The notes under the pieces are model-generated. The model made no database searches and had not been told where the DNA came from. It was given only the letters and a program-made list of their open reading frames with translations. From the NCBI GenBank assembly GCA_027623015.1, contig JAQBVR010000001.1:14773-78772 (forward strand): DNA of 64,000 bases, read 5' to 3'. The number at the start of each line of letters is the position of its first letter. The stretch's first letter is position 1. Below, in pieces: positions 27,116 to 37,100 of this stretch. Source of the stretch: a bacterium. GTDB lineage: Bacteria > Patescibacteriota > Gracilibacteria > Peribacterales > Peribacteraceae. The translations under genes and the position numbers were made by a program.

Positions 27116-28176
27116 TTAGCCCCAAGAGAAGCCAGTTTGTCTTCTTGGTCTTTGTGCTGAAGGCTTTCGATAATTGAGCCTATATCACCTTCAATAATTC
27201 CTGGAAGATTACTAAAGTTCTGACCGATTCGGTGGTCTGTAACACGATCTTGCGGAAAGTTGTACGTGCGTATCTTCTCACTTCTATCCCCAGACCCGAT
27301 CTGCCCTTGGCGCATATCCCCTCTTTCTTTTGCGAGTCGTTCTTGCTCTGCTGCATAGAGTCTACTACGTAAGATACCCATAGCCTTAGACTTATTCTTC
27401 AACTGACTCTTTTCATCCTGACAGATAACAACAACACCCGTTGGAACGTGCGTGATTCGTACTGCAGAGTCTGTTGTATTTACGGATTGACCACCAGGGC
27501 CACTGCTACGGTAGACGTCTATCTTCAAATCTACTTCTTTTATGGCGATATCTACTTCTTTTGCCTCAGGGAGTATAGCTACAGATGCAGCTGAAGTATG
27601 AAGTCTGCCTTTGCTTTCTGTTGAAGGTATACGTTGTACACGGTGGACACCTGACTCATACTTAAGCTTTCCATACGCTCCGACTCCATCTATCTTACAT
27701 ACCGCCTCTTTTACTCCTCCAGTATCTGCATCTGTTTTATGCATAAGCTCTGCAGTCCATTTTTGCTCCTCAGCAAAGCGAAGGTACATACGCAATAGCT
27801 CTCCAGCAAAAAGTGCAGCTTCATCTCCACCAGTTCCTGCTCGAAGCTCAAGAATAACAGAACGATCATCATCTGGGTCATGAGGAATAAGAAAGAGCTT
27901 CATGGCTTCTTTCAGATCGATGATCTTTTGCCTAGCCGCTGTTGCCTCTTCTTCAGCCATGGCTTTTACTTCTGGATCTTCTTGATGCTCTTCTGCGTAG
28001 TCAATTGCTTGCTGGCACTCATCAAACTCCTTGAGCATTTGGAGCAGCGGCTCAAGATCAGACATACGCTTTCCAATTATGGCGAGCTGTTTAGGATCAC
28101 ATAACACCTCTGGATTTTGGATACTATTTTGAAGATCTAAATACGTTTGGGCCAGTGCTCTAAGTTTATCAATCAT
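27112..28176 (-). CDS. prfA: Peptide chain release factor 1
   Basis: GGQ motif (SGPGGQSVNTTDSAVRITH), an RF1-type P-x-T tripeptide (RIPSTESKGR), and a length of 354 aa. Confidence 0.93.
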   Translation of the reverse strand: MIDKLRALAQTYLDLQNSIQNPEVLCDPKQLAIIGKRMSDLEPLLQMLKEFDECQQAIDYAEEHQEDPEVKAMAEEEATAARQKIIDLKEAMKLFLIPHDPDDDRSVILELRAGTGGDEAALFAGELLRMYLRFAEEQKWTAELMHKTDADTGGVKEAVCKIDGVGAYGKLKYESGVHRVQRIPSTESKGRLHTSAASVAILPEAKEVDIAIKEVDLKIDVYRSSGPGGQSVNTTDSAVRITHVPTGVVVICQDEKSQLKNKSKAMGILRSRLYAAEQERLAKERGDMRQGQIGSGDRSEKIRTYNFPQDRVTDHRIGQNFSNLPGIIEGDIGSIIESLQHKDQEDKLASLGAN

Positions 28177-28224
28177 TGCGTCTACGCGATAAGAGTAAGA
28201 ATTCTATTTACAATTTTAACGAAC

Positions 28225-28256
28225 ATGACGGCATAGCGATATCGCTTCACCGTCAT
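28225..28256. terminator. Hairpin between the 28288 gene stop and the prfA start
   Basis: ATGACGG-CAT-AGCGAT|ATCGCT-TCA-CCGTCAT, followed by TTTT on the plus strand. The direction of action is unclear. Confidence 0.35.
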
Positions 28257-28287
28257 TTTGAGAAGCGATACTTAAGGGATTAATTCG

Positions 28288-29313
28288 CTATTGCGGAGCC
28301 GCATTACCACAGTTCGAGCAAGCTGCTTCCCATGTAAAGTGAGGTTTCTTGCATGATTTGCAATCTTGTTTTAACTCGCTACCACAACCACCACAGTAGT
28401 TGCTAGATAGTGAAAGTGGGTAGCTACATGTTGGACAACCACCATTTCGAATCCTCTTTCGCCCACCACGGACAGGGTCTGTCATTCGACGGTGTATGAA
28501 GATGATACATGCACCAAATATGAAGATGACTATACCGACCATTACGTAATAGCCGATGATTCTTGTGAGTAGTGTGGCGCTCAAAAGTTCCCACAATATT
28601 TCAAGAAGTCTCCGTGGTATCCAACTCCAAAGAAGTACACATGTGGATTGTAATGCAAGAAGTGACGCTGCAATGTAAGAAGACAGTGAAATGATCTCCC
28701 ACTTACTTTGCTTCTTCTTACTGCGAGTGTGCCAAGAAAGCGTCAGCAAAAAGAATGGCAACCAGAAGAGTGCTTCCCAGGCAAAGACCTTTGCCTGCCT
28801 CCACTTATTATCAACTCTCCATAAATCTTCTAAGACTTTATACTCTGCTTCAGCACTAGCAATCATACCTTGGTACTTTTCCTCAACGTCATCCAATTTA
28901 TCTTTAAGGCGAGAAACTTCTTGAGTTGTGAGTTTTACCTGGCTGCGTATCTGACTGGGCTCACCGTAGAGTCGATCTTTTTCCCCTGCGAGATTTTCGA
29001 GTAGTGTAGAATCATATGCTCCACGTATCCTATCAAGATCTACACCTGCTTCGTAGAGACTATCTCTAAGGGGGCGCACTTCCTTACCCCAAAAATCTTG
29101 AGCGTTTTCATAAGACTGAAGCTCATGAAGATATGGATAATGAATTGTTGGTATACCATCAGAGATATCGGAAAGAGCTCTTTCGCCAAGGCTAAATACA
29201 AACACTGTCATAAAGAACACAAGTACAAGCACTCCTAGAGGATAGTGCTTCTCATCATATGAGAATTGTATGGTGTCTTCAGATTTGCCAAATAAACTAC
29301 TTAAGAGCTTCAT
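28288..29313 (-). CDS. Membrane protein with coiled-coil region and C-terminal double zinc-ribbon
   Basis: ATG at 29313 (MKLLSSLFGK); the listed start 29364 is TTG. TM helices are present. The C-terminus reads CPTCSYPLSLSSNYCGGCGSELKQDCKSCKKPHFTWEAACSNCG. Confidence 0.6.
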   Translation of the reverse strand: MKLLSSLFGKSEDTIQFSYDEKHYPLGVLVLVFFMTVFVFSLGERALSDISDGIPTIHYPYLHELQSYENAQDFWGKEVRPLRDSLYEAGVDLDRIRGAYDSTLLENLAGEKDRLYGEPSQIRSQVKLTTQEVSRLKDKLDDVEEKYQGMIASAEAEYKVLEDLWRVDNKWRQAKVFAWEALFWLPFFLLTLSWHTRSKKKQSKWEIISLSSYIAASLLALQSTCVLLWSWIPRRLLEILWELLSATLLTRIIGYYVMVGIVIFIFGACIIFIHRRMTDPVRGGRKRIRNGGCPTCSYPLSLSSNYCGGCGSELKQDCKSCKKPHFTWEAACSNCGNAAPQ

Positions 29314-29359
29314 GAAAAATGATTCTACAGTATTTATACACGTAATCCTACTCAAACTA

Positions 29360-29365
29360 TACAAT
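29360..29365 (+). promoter_or_regulatory. -10 box TACAAT, 6 nt upstream of mnmA ATG (leaderless-type promoter)
   Basis: The sequence reads CTA TACAAT AGTAGT ATG. Confidence 0.45.
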
Positions 29366-29371
29366 AGTAGT

Positions 29372-30445
29372 ATGAAAATACTAGTAGCAATGTCGGGAGG
29401 AGTTGATTCCTCAGTTGCAGCTCATCTTCTTAAAGAAGAAGGGCACGATCTAATCGGAGTAATGATGAAGCTCTGGGTCGACCCACTTGCACCAGAGGTT
29501 CGTAGAGCTATTCCTACTAAATGCTGCAGTGTGGAACATATTCAACGAGCTCGCAGTGTTTGTAAGACACTTGGTATCCCATTCTATGTGATGAATCTAG
29601 AAGAGGAATTTAAGAAGGATGTTGTTGATCCTTTTCTAGCAGACTACAAGGCTGGCAAAACACCAAACCCTTGCATCGAATGCAATCGCAACATTAAGTT
29701 TGGCCAACTCCTAGTCAAGATGAAAGAGTTAAATTGTGACAAGCTTGCGACTGGGCATTATGCACAGATTAAAGATCGCCTGCATGGCTATGGATTATAT
29801 GAAGCTGAAGATATTACTAAGGATCAAAGCTATTACCTCTACGGTCTTTCGCAGGAGCAGCTTTCTCATGTTATTTTTCCTCTTGGATCTAAAAAGAAAT
29901 CAGATGTATTTGCACTTGCGCACCATTTTAAGATATCGATAGATGATGAATACAGAGAAAGTCAGGATCTATGTTTCTACCCTGAAAAAGATCCTACATC
30001 ATTTCTAAAACGTTATATAACTAATTTAAGCCGAGGCCCAATAGTAGACCAGAAAGGAGTTACAGTTGGTGAGCATAAAGGTCTGCCTTTCTATACTATA
30101 GGACAGAGGAAAGGTCTGAATATTGGCGGACTAAGAATACCTCTTTATGTAGAAAGAAAAGACCCATCAACTAATACAATATTTGTAGCTGAAGATGGCA
30201 AAGATAAAAAGAGTATTATACAGATTTCTGATATACGTTTAATCAGTTCCAGCCCTGATATTAGCAGTTTATCAAGTATAAAAGTTAGAACTAGCTCTTT
30301 GGGAACACTTTGGAATGGATCTCTTTCAATACGTGGAGATTGTGGAGTATTTACTTTTACTGAGCCTGTTAGAGGTCTAGCAGAAGGTCAATCAATAGTA
30401 TTTTACTCCAATAATGAGGTTTTAGGCGGTGGTGTGATGTGTTAA
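29372..30445 (+). CDS. mnmA: tRNA-specific 2-thiouridylase MnmA
   Basis: PP-loop MKILVAMSGGVDSSVAA, NPCIECN, ATGHYA, KDQSYYL. The listed ORF start 29270 is an upstream extension. Confidence 0.92.
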   Translation: MKILVAMSGGVDSSVAAHLLKEEGHDLIGVMMKLWVDPLAPEVRRAIPTKCCSVEHIQRARSVCKTLGIPFYVMNLEEEFKKDVVDPFLADYKAGKTPNPCIECNRNIKFGQLLVKMKELNCDKLATGHYAQIKDRLHGYGLYEAEDITKDQSYYLYGLSQEQLSHVIFPLGSKKKSDVFALAHHFKISIDDEYRESQDLCFYPEKDPTSFLKRYITNLSRGPIVDQKGVTVGEHKGLPFYTIGQRKGLNIGGLRIPLYVERKDPSTNTIFVAEDGKDKKSIIQISDIRLISSSPDISSLSSIKVRTSSLGTLWNGSLSIRGDCGVFTFTEPVRGLAEGQSIVFYSNNEVLGGGVMC

Positions 30446-30499
30446 GTATTGATTTAGCCCTATTTATAAACGATTTATAGCTTCTCTCTGTCAATACCA

Positions 30500-31786
30500 A
30501 TGCTGTATAATGCAGTCAGAGAAAGTGCATTTATTCAGTCTATATGGTACAATAGTATGATTTCTGACTCACAACACAACCAACGGGGAGGATACGATGA
30601 TGAAGGTAATATCATATTGCCAGAGACAGGCACGCCTGGATCTGCGGGTACATTTCGTAAGCCTCTATGGACAAATATCGATGAGCAGAATGATCTGAAT
30701 GAAGCTACATTTCAAAAAGTTGAGGGTAGTAGAATCTCTCGTAATAAGACAGTTGAGGATCCTCCAACCAAGATATGGAAAGATGCTCGAAAAAAGATTG
30801 GTGGTGTAACTCAAGACTTTTTTAAAGAAGGTGCAAAGCAATACAAGTGGAGTATAAAAGCAGCGCTCAAAGGAATGAGGTCATCTCTAGACTCTGGCCA
30901 ATATGGCATTGATCACATATGGGGATTTCTTGCACAACCAGTATGGGTCCTCAATAGAAAGAGACATAAGGCTAAGCAATATAGTCGGTTTTCCCTTTTC
31001 CTTTTAGACACAGTTCGATTTGGTGGAACCTTTGCTATTCTTTTTGTTACCTTGTTTGTATCATTAAATTACCAAAGCTTCTGGAAGATAAGTCAGTCGT
31101 ATATAAATCCCATCCGGAGAGCACAAAGCTCGATCATCACCAATGCCAATACAGACAATATTCTTGCTCAGAAACTTCTTCGTAGCCCCTCTCTCGCAAC
31201 TGCTGGTGGATCAAAAGGTGATCTACTTAGCTACCTTCCAGAGGTTGGACCACCTGAAAATAGAATCATCATTCCTCGTTTGGACCTTAATATTCCTTTG
31301 GTTACACCTTCTTATAAGGCTCTACTTTCTGAGGATTGGGACCAACTAGAAGAAGACATTCAAGATGCTCTACAGATGGGCGTAGTGCATTACCCCGGCA
31401 CTGCTAGACCAGGGCAAGCAGGAAACTTCTTCGTCACCGGTCATAGCTCATATTACCCTTGGGCAGATGGTAAATATAAAACAGTATTTGCTCGCCTTCA
31501 AGACCTAGATGTTGGAGATGAGTATTGGGTGTACTACGGCGGTGACAAATACCGATATATTGTACGAACGAAAAAAGAAGTAAAGCCAACAAATGTAGAT
31601 GTATTAGATCAGCCAGTTTCTAAACGCATGGCCACTCTTATGACCTGCAGTCCAGTAGGAACGACTTTACGACGACTGATTTTAAGTTCAGAAGAGGTAG
31701 ATCCAGATACAGGAATCGCAATGCATGTTGGGGAGCAACACAAAAGAACTGAACCAAAGATTAATGTTGGGGCACTGCCAATCTAG
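30500..31786 (+). CDS. Sortase family transpeptidase with long N-terminal region and TM anchor
   Basis: Catalytic His context FFVTGHSSY. Catalytic Cys motif ATLMTCSP (TLxTC). TM helix FGGTFAILFVTLFVSL. The start is uncertain (Met1 at 30500 or Met20 at 30557). Confidence 0.8.
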   Translation: MLYNAVRESAFIQSIWYNSMISDSQHNQRGGYDDEGNIILPETGTPGSAGTFRKPLWTNIDEQNDLNEATFQKVEGSRISRNKTVEDPPTKIWKDARKKIGGVTQDFFKEGAKQYKWSIKAALKGMRSSLDSGQYGIDHIWGFLAQPVWVLNRKRHKAKQYSRFSLFLLDTVRFGGTFAILFVTLFVSLNYQSFWKISQSYINPIRRAQSSIITNANTDNILAQKLLRSPSLATAGGSKGDLLSYLPEVGPPENRIIIPRLDLNIPLVTPSYKALLSEDWDQLEEDIQDALQMGVVHYPGTARPGQAGNFFVTGHSSYYPWADGKYKTVFARLQDLDVGDEYWVYYGGDKYRYIVRTKKEVKPTNVDVLDQPVSKRMATLMTCSPVGTTLRRLILSSEEVDPDTGIAMHVGEQHKRTEPKINVGALPI

Positions 31787-31805
31787 AGCTATACTCTGTT
31801 TAATT

Positions 31806-31977
31806 GCCGCTGTGGTGGCCCGCCTACGTCTGCGGACTTCGGACGGGTGAATAGCTCTGAAATAGCTCTTTGTGATAACATCTCTGTAATTGCCGCTGTG
31901 GTGGCCCGCCTACGTCTGCGGACTTCGGACGGGTGAATAGCTCTGAAATAGCTCTTTGTGATAACATCTCTGTAATT
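31806..31977 (+). repeat. Two perfect 86-nt tandem units upstream of tRNA-Leu(TAA). Each unit is the first 13 nt of the tRNA, a GC-rich hairpin and an AT-rich spacer.
   Basis: Units 31806..31891 and 31892..31977 both read GCCGCTGTGGTGG CCCGCCTACGTCTGCGGACTTCGGACGGG TGAATAGCTCTGAAATAGCTCTTTGTGATAACATCTCTGTAATT. The intact tRNA starts at 31978 with the same 13 nt. Confidence 0.9.
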
Positions 31978-32065
31978 GCCGCTGTGGTGGAATGGTAGAC
32001 ACGGGGGACTTAAAATCCCCTGACCTTAAACGGTCGTACTGGTTCGAATCCAGTCAGCGGCACCA
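31978..32065 (+). tRNA. tRNA-Leu (anticodon TAA), class II, CCA encoded
   Basis: Acceptor GCCGCTG/CAGCGGC. D-arm GTGGTGGAATGGTAGACAC. Anticodon stem-loop GGGGA-CTTAAAA-TCCCC. Long variable arm. T-arm ACTGG-TTCGAAT-CCAGT. Terminal ACCA. Confidence 0.92.
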
Positions 32066-32184
32066 ATACTTAAAATCATCATATATTTTGACCTGTATCT
32101 ACTGTTTTGAGTATATATTAACTTATTGCGATTGTATTACTTTAACTGTAATACTTTAACGATATGGCTATTTGAGAGCAAGTA

Positions 32185-32193
32185 TGCTATAAT
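32185..32193 (+). promoter_or_regulatory. Extended -10 box TGCTATAAT, 13 nt upstream of ATG 32207
   Basis: The sequence reads AGTA TGCTATAAT ATAACTAACACAA ATG. Confidence 0.45.
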
Positions 32194-32206
32194 ATAACTA
32201 ACACAA

Positions 32207-33208
32207 ATGAAGTCCCTAACACTTACACTGCCCTTGCTTCCAAGGCACACCTATCGTGTGAATTCTGGTATAGCAGCTGGAAGCTTGGCTATGGTTATAA
32301 ATGTAATATCTTCTTCAACATTCCCTGTTTTTGGAAAGCAACTTGCAGGTTCATTCTCCCCTCTTTCTCTACTCTTCGTCGGTGAGATCATGGGTGGGAT
32401 CTTTGTACTACTTTCTTTTGGGTTTCTCCCTCTTCTTAAAATCGTCTGGTCTCTCAAGCATACTCAAAAGATATACCTAGCCATTGGAGGTGTAATCACT
32501 GGAATTGTAGCGCCATATATGTGGTACATGGGACTCTTACAAACAACTGCTATCAATGCAGGACTCTTTAGTCGATCGGAAGCAATATTTTTAATTCTTT
32601 TTTCTGCATTGTTTCTGAAAGAGTCGATCGGGAAGAAGCAGTATCTCTCTCTTATTGTGATCTTATTTGGTGTGATGTTTGTAGCACTGAAAGGATTCAC
32701 TGTTGGATTTACTATGCAAATGGGTGACGTTCTCATCATAGTATCATCTTGTCTTTATGCAATTGGAGGCATCATCGTGAAAAAGCTTTTAAACGATGTT
32801 CATCCTGAAGCCATCATATTTGCAAGAGCGTTCTCTGCCACAGTACTTTTTATACTTTGTACTATGTTCTATACGCATACACTTGGATCCGAGCTTCGCA
32901 ATATCGATCCATCTTTGATCACCGTTCTTCTATGCTACGGTTTCCTCACGAGGTTCCTTGGCATCTACAGCTTTCATGAAGCTATAGATAAGCTAAAAGT
33001 CTCCACCGTGTCTATGATGGGAACGCTATCTATCGTAGGAAGTATTTTCTTTGCAGCAGCGTATCTCGGTGAGTACATTCACTGGTATCAGACTGTTGGA
33101 GGCGCAGTCATAGTGATTGGTGTAATGATGATGCAATATTTCGGTATTCATGCAACGTCAGATGTTCATAAGCACCACATTCGTTCGCACCACAACAACC
33201 ACTTTTAG
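32207..33208 (+). CDS. EamA/DMT-family transporter
   Basis: Ten hydrophobic helices in two homologous halves, typical of the drug/metabolite transporter superfamily. His-rich C-terminal tail. Confidence 0.75.
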   Translation: MKSLTLTLPLLPRHTYRVNSGIAAGSLAMVINVISSSTFPVFGKQLAGSFSPLSLLFVGEIMGGIFVLLSFGFLPLLKIVWSLKHTQKIYLAIGGVITGIVAPYMWYMGLLQTTAINAGLFSRSEAIFLILFSALFLKESIGKKQYLSLIVILFGVMFVALKGFTVGFTMQMGDVLIIVSSCLYAIGGIIVKKLLNDVHPEAIIFARAFSATVLFILCTMFYTHTLGSELRNIDPSLITVLLCYGFLTRFLGIYSFHEAIDKLKVSTVSMMGTLSIVGSIFFAAAYLGEYIHWYQTVGGAVIVIGVMMMQYFGIHATSDVHKHHIRSHHNNHF

Positions 33209-33213
33209 ACTGG

Positions 33214-34041
33214 CTAGAGTCCGTAGATTTCTATTGCGAGTATTATTATTTTCGCTGTTTCAGCACGATTGACCGGTGTTCTAGGGCCAAAGTTTCCCGT
33301 GAGAATACCAAATTCATCTTCAAAACCAGACACCATACTATCTTGCGCTGCTTTTTCGATGGCACCACTAAATTCTGTCGATACAGTAACATCTTTGAAT
33401 ACATCTCCAGAACCTCTACTCACTGGAACTAGGAAGGCCTGAAGGATAGTTATGACGACCTCCGACCTTGTAGCAGGTCTAGTGATCTCTACTGACCCGT
33501 CACTATATACAGCCCAACCAAGACCTTCGGTACATGCAATATATTGCTCTGACCACGTACCAACTGCGCTACCGTTCTTCAGTGCGCCATCGCAAGCTGT
33601 GATGTCTACTCCGGATGCTTCTAATGCGATCTTTGCAAGCTGCTCTATGGTCACATTGTCTCCTGGGCCATACTCACCTTTTGGTATGCCATATTGATCA
33701 TTGTATCCAGAGACGATCCCCCGCTGAGCTGCAGACTCAACAAACCTAGCAAACCATGCTGAACTTGGTACATCTTTGAGCGTGAGTGGAACACCATCAA
33801 TGATAATACGGATAGGATCATCGGTCACTTCGCCTTTTTCCATTTCATTGCCGTCACCAGGAAATAGTGCACTTTCTTCTTGCAGCTGAGTCTCATTTCT
33901 CTCTAATTTTTCGTGCATCATCTCCTGAGAAATATCGTCTTCAAACATATCTACATCACCTACTAGCTGATCAAATTCAGCTGCAATCACTGATGACGTG
34001 CTTAATAGAGTAACTATCGATAGCGTAATGAAGGTCTTCAT
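33214..34041 (-). CDS. Secreted SLH-domain protein
   Basis: Signal peptide MKTFITLSIVTLLSTSSVIAAE from ATG 34041. SLH-like units: FARFVESAAQRGIVSGYNDQYGIPKGEYGPGDNVTIEQLAKIALEA and FSGAIEKAAQDSMVSGFEDEFGILTGNFGPRTPVNRAETAKII. Confidence 0.7.
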   Translation of the reverse strand: MKTFITLSIVTLLSTSSVIAAEFDQLVGDVDMFEDDISQEMMHEKLERNETQLQEESALFPGDGNEMEKGEVTDDPIRIIIDGVPLTLKDVPSSAWFARFVESAAQRGIVSGYNDQYGIPKGEYGPGDNVTIEQLAKIALEASGVDITACDGALKNGSAVGTWSEQYIACTEGLGWAVYSDGSVEITRPATRSEVVITILQAFLVPVSRGSGDVFKDVTVSTEFSGAIEKAAQDSMVSGFEDEFGILTGNFGPRTPVNRAETAKIIILAIEIYGL

Positions 34042-34142
34042 AGTCCATAGAATGACAGGACAAGACTCGCAAATCAATCAGTGATGGTACGTGATAGAAA
34101 AAGTAGACCTCACACTTGTCCTTCTAGAAGGGACAGCGTAAG

Positions 34143-37100
34143 ATGCTTCGGAACATGAATACACTGGAAGCTACCGGCTCATCGGAGCCCTCTAAGGGCG
34201 ACGGGAAGCTGTTTTCTCATGTCCGCGATCCTCAAACTATACTTCTTTTGGGCTCAGGCGCTTTGAAGATAGGTGAGGCAGGTGAATTTGACTATTCTGG
34301 AAGCCAAGCAATCAAAGCTTTTAAGGAAGAAGGACACAGAGTTGTCCTTGTAAATCCAAACATTGCAACCAATCAGACGAGTTGGGGTCTTGCAGATACT
34401 GTCTATTTTGTTCCTGTAACGCCAGACTTTGTCACTCGCATCATTGAGAAAGAACAACCAAGTACTATAGCACTGAGCTTCGGTGGTCAGACGGCACTAA
34501 ACTGCGGAGTTGCATTGCATAAGAATGGCACTTTAAAAAAATATGGCATCGAAGTGCTTGGTACCCCTGTAGCAAGCATTGAAAAGACTGAAGATAGAGC
34601 TATCTTCAATGCACAACTAAAAAGTATCAACATCCCTGTTCCAAAGTCCCACGCATGTGAAAGCGTCGATGAGGCACTGAAAGCAGCTGAAGACATCTCC
34701 TATCCTGTTATCATACGTGGAGCTTTTGCTCTCGGTGGCAAAGGAAGTGGCCGTGCTATGAATGAATCTGAACTTAAAGAACTTGCAACTACAGCCTTTG
34801 TCGAGTCTCCCCAGGTTCTTGTTGAAGAAGACCTAACGGGGTGGAAAGAAATAGAGTACGAAGTAGTTCGAGATAACTGTGATAACTGCATCACAGTTTG
34901 CAATATGGAGAATGTCGATCCACTAGGTATTCACACAGGTGAATCTATCGTCGTTGCTCCTAGTCAAACGCTAGATAATGAAGACTACCAAATGCTTCGC
35001 AGTACAGCTACAAAAGTTATCCGTCACCTCGGCATCATAGGAGAATGTAATATCCAATACGCTCTAGACCCAAAATCTCGTGATTATAGAGTCATAGAAG
35101 TAAATGCTCGACTGAGTAGGAGCTCAGCACTTGCTTCAAAGGCCACAGGCTACCCTCTTGCATTTGTCGCAGCAAAGCTTGGTCTTGGGTACACCCTACC
35201 AGAACTAAAAAATGCAATTACGAAAGTAACATGTGCAAACTTTGAGCCCTCTCTAGACTACGTTGCCGTAAAAGTTCCTCGTTGGGATCTACAGAAATTT
35301 CGTTTTGTCTCAGACCATGTAACTACAGAAATGAAGTCTGTTGGAGAGGTGATGGCACTTGGACGAACATTTGAAGAAGCTTTACAAAAAGCAATGCGAA
35401 TGTTAAACATTGGATCAGAAGGACTACTCCCCCACCCTTTTGAATTTGATGATCTTGATGCAGAGGTTCGACAGCCTACTCCAAGGCGTATTTTTTCTAT
35501 AGCAGAAGCGCTCATGGGAAAATGGACAGCAGAGCAGATAAATATAGCAACAGGAATGGACATGTGGTTTCTCAACCGCATCGAGGCATGTAGTAAAACA
35601 GCCATCGAGATTCAAAAGGAGGGGTCGAAAGATCTATCACCAGATCTTCTTCGTAAAGCAAAGCTCCATGGCTTTTCAGACTCTGGTATAGGACTACTAA
35701 GTAATCATACATCTGACGATGTACGCAAAAAGCGTCTAGCGGCCAACATCAGCCCTATTGTAAAACAGATCGACACTCTCGCTGGAGAATTCCCTGCACA
35801 AACAAATTACTTGTATCTCACCTACAACGGTACAGAAAACGATATTGAGCTACCAGAAGGTAAACGTGCCATTGTTCTTGGTGGTGGACCATACTCAATT
35901 GGCTCATCTGTAGAGTTTGATTGGTGCTGTGTGCAGGCAGCACATGAGTTACAGAAGCAAGGATATGAAGTAGCTATGATCAATAGTAATCCAGAAACAG
36001 TAAGCACGGACTATGATGAGTGTGATCTTCTTTTTTTTGATGAACTTAGCAAAGAACGTGTTCTAGACATCATAGATATAGTAAAACCAGAAGGTGTGAC
36101 TGTCTCTATGGGAGGTCAGATACCCAACTCACTTGCTCCAAAGTTAGCAGCTCTTGGTGTACCAATCTTTGGAACTGACCCTGCAAATATCGATAAAGCT
36201 GAAAACAGAAGAAAGTTTAGTGCAATTCTTGATGATCTAAAGATAGACCAACCTGTGTGGAAGGACTTTACAGAAATCGACAGTGCAATAGTATTTGCGA
36301 ATGATGTTGCTTATCCTGTCATTGTGCGACCTAGTTATGTGCTCTCTGGAGCCTCTATGGCTGTCGTGCATTCAGATGAAGACCTAGAGCAATATGTCAT
36401 TGGTACCGCATTTGTAAACAAAGAAGCACCTATTGTCATATCTAAGTTTGAAAAAGGTGCAAAGGAGATCGAGTTTGATGGAGTTGCACAAGATGGAACG
36501 GTGCTCATATATGCCATCTCAGAACATATCGAAAATGCAGGTGTTCACTCTGGAGACGCTTCTATGGTTATGCCTCCACAGCGTGTGAATCTTGAAACTC
36601 TTCGCAGAGTGAAGATCATCGCGAAGAAGATCGCAAAGGGTCTCAATATCTCAGGACCTTTTAATATCCAGATTCTTGCAAAGAGTAATAGGCTCAAAGT
36701 CATCGAATGCAACCTTCGTGCTAGTCGCAGCTTTCCATTTGCTAGCAAAGTAACTGGCGAGAATTTTATCACTCTTGCTACTCAGGCACTGCTCAAGAAG
36801 GCTCCTACAGATAAGAAATATCAAACCATCGACCTAGACCATGTCGCAGTCAAGGCAGCACAATTTAGCTTTAGTAGACTCAAGGGCGCAGACCCAAGAC
36901 TTGGGATTGAGATGGCAAGTACGGGTGAGGTAGCATGCTTTGGACTCAACGCTGAGCAGGCATTACTCAGCGCTATGATCGCTGTAGGATTTACCATGCC
37001 AAAGAAAAACATTCTCCTTACTATCGGCAGCCTAGAAGACAAAGTCGACATGCTCCCGTCTATTCGTTTGTTGCAGGAAAAAGGCTTTTCATTCTTTGCC

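Noticed and set aside
31787-32206. Integrated mobile element using tRNA-Leu as an attachment site.
   Set aside because: There is no integrase or other element gene nearby. The duplicated tRNA segment is the 5' 13 nt rather than the 3' end usually regenerated by integrative elements. The units are far too short to encode anything.
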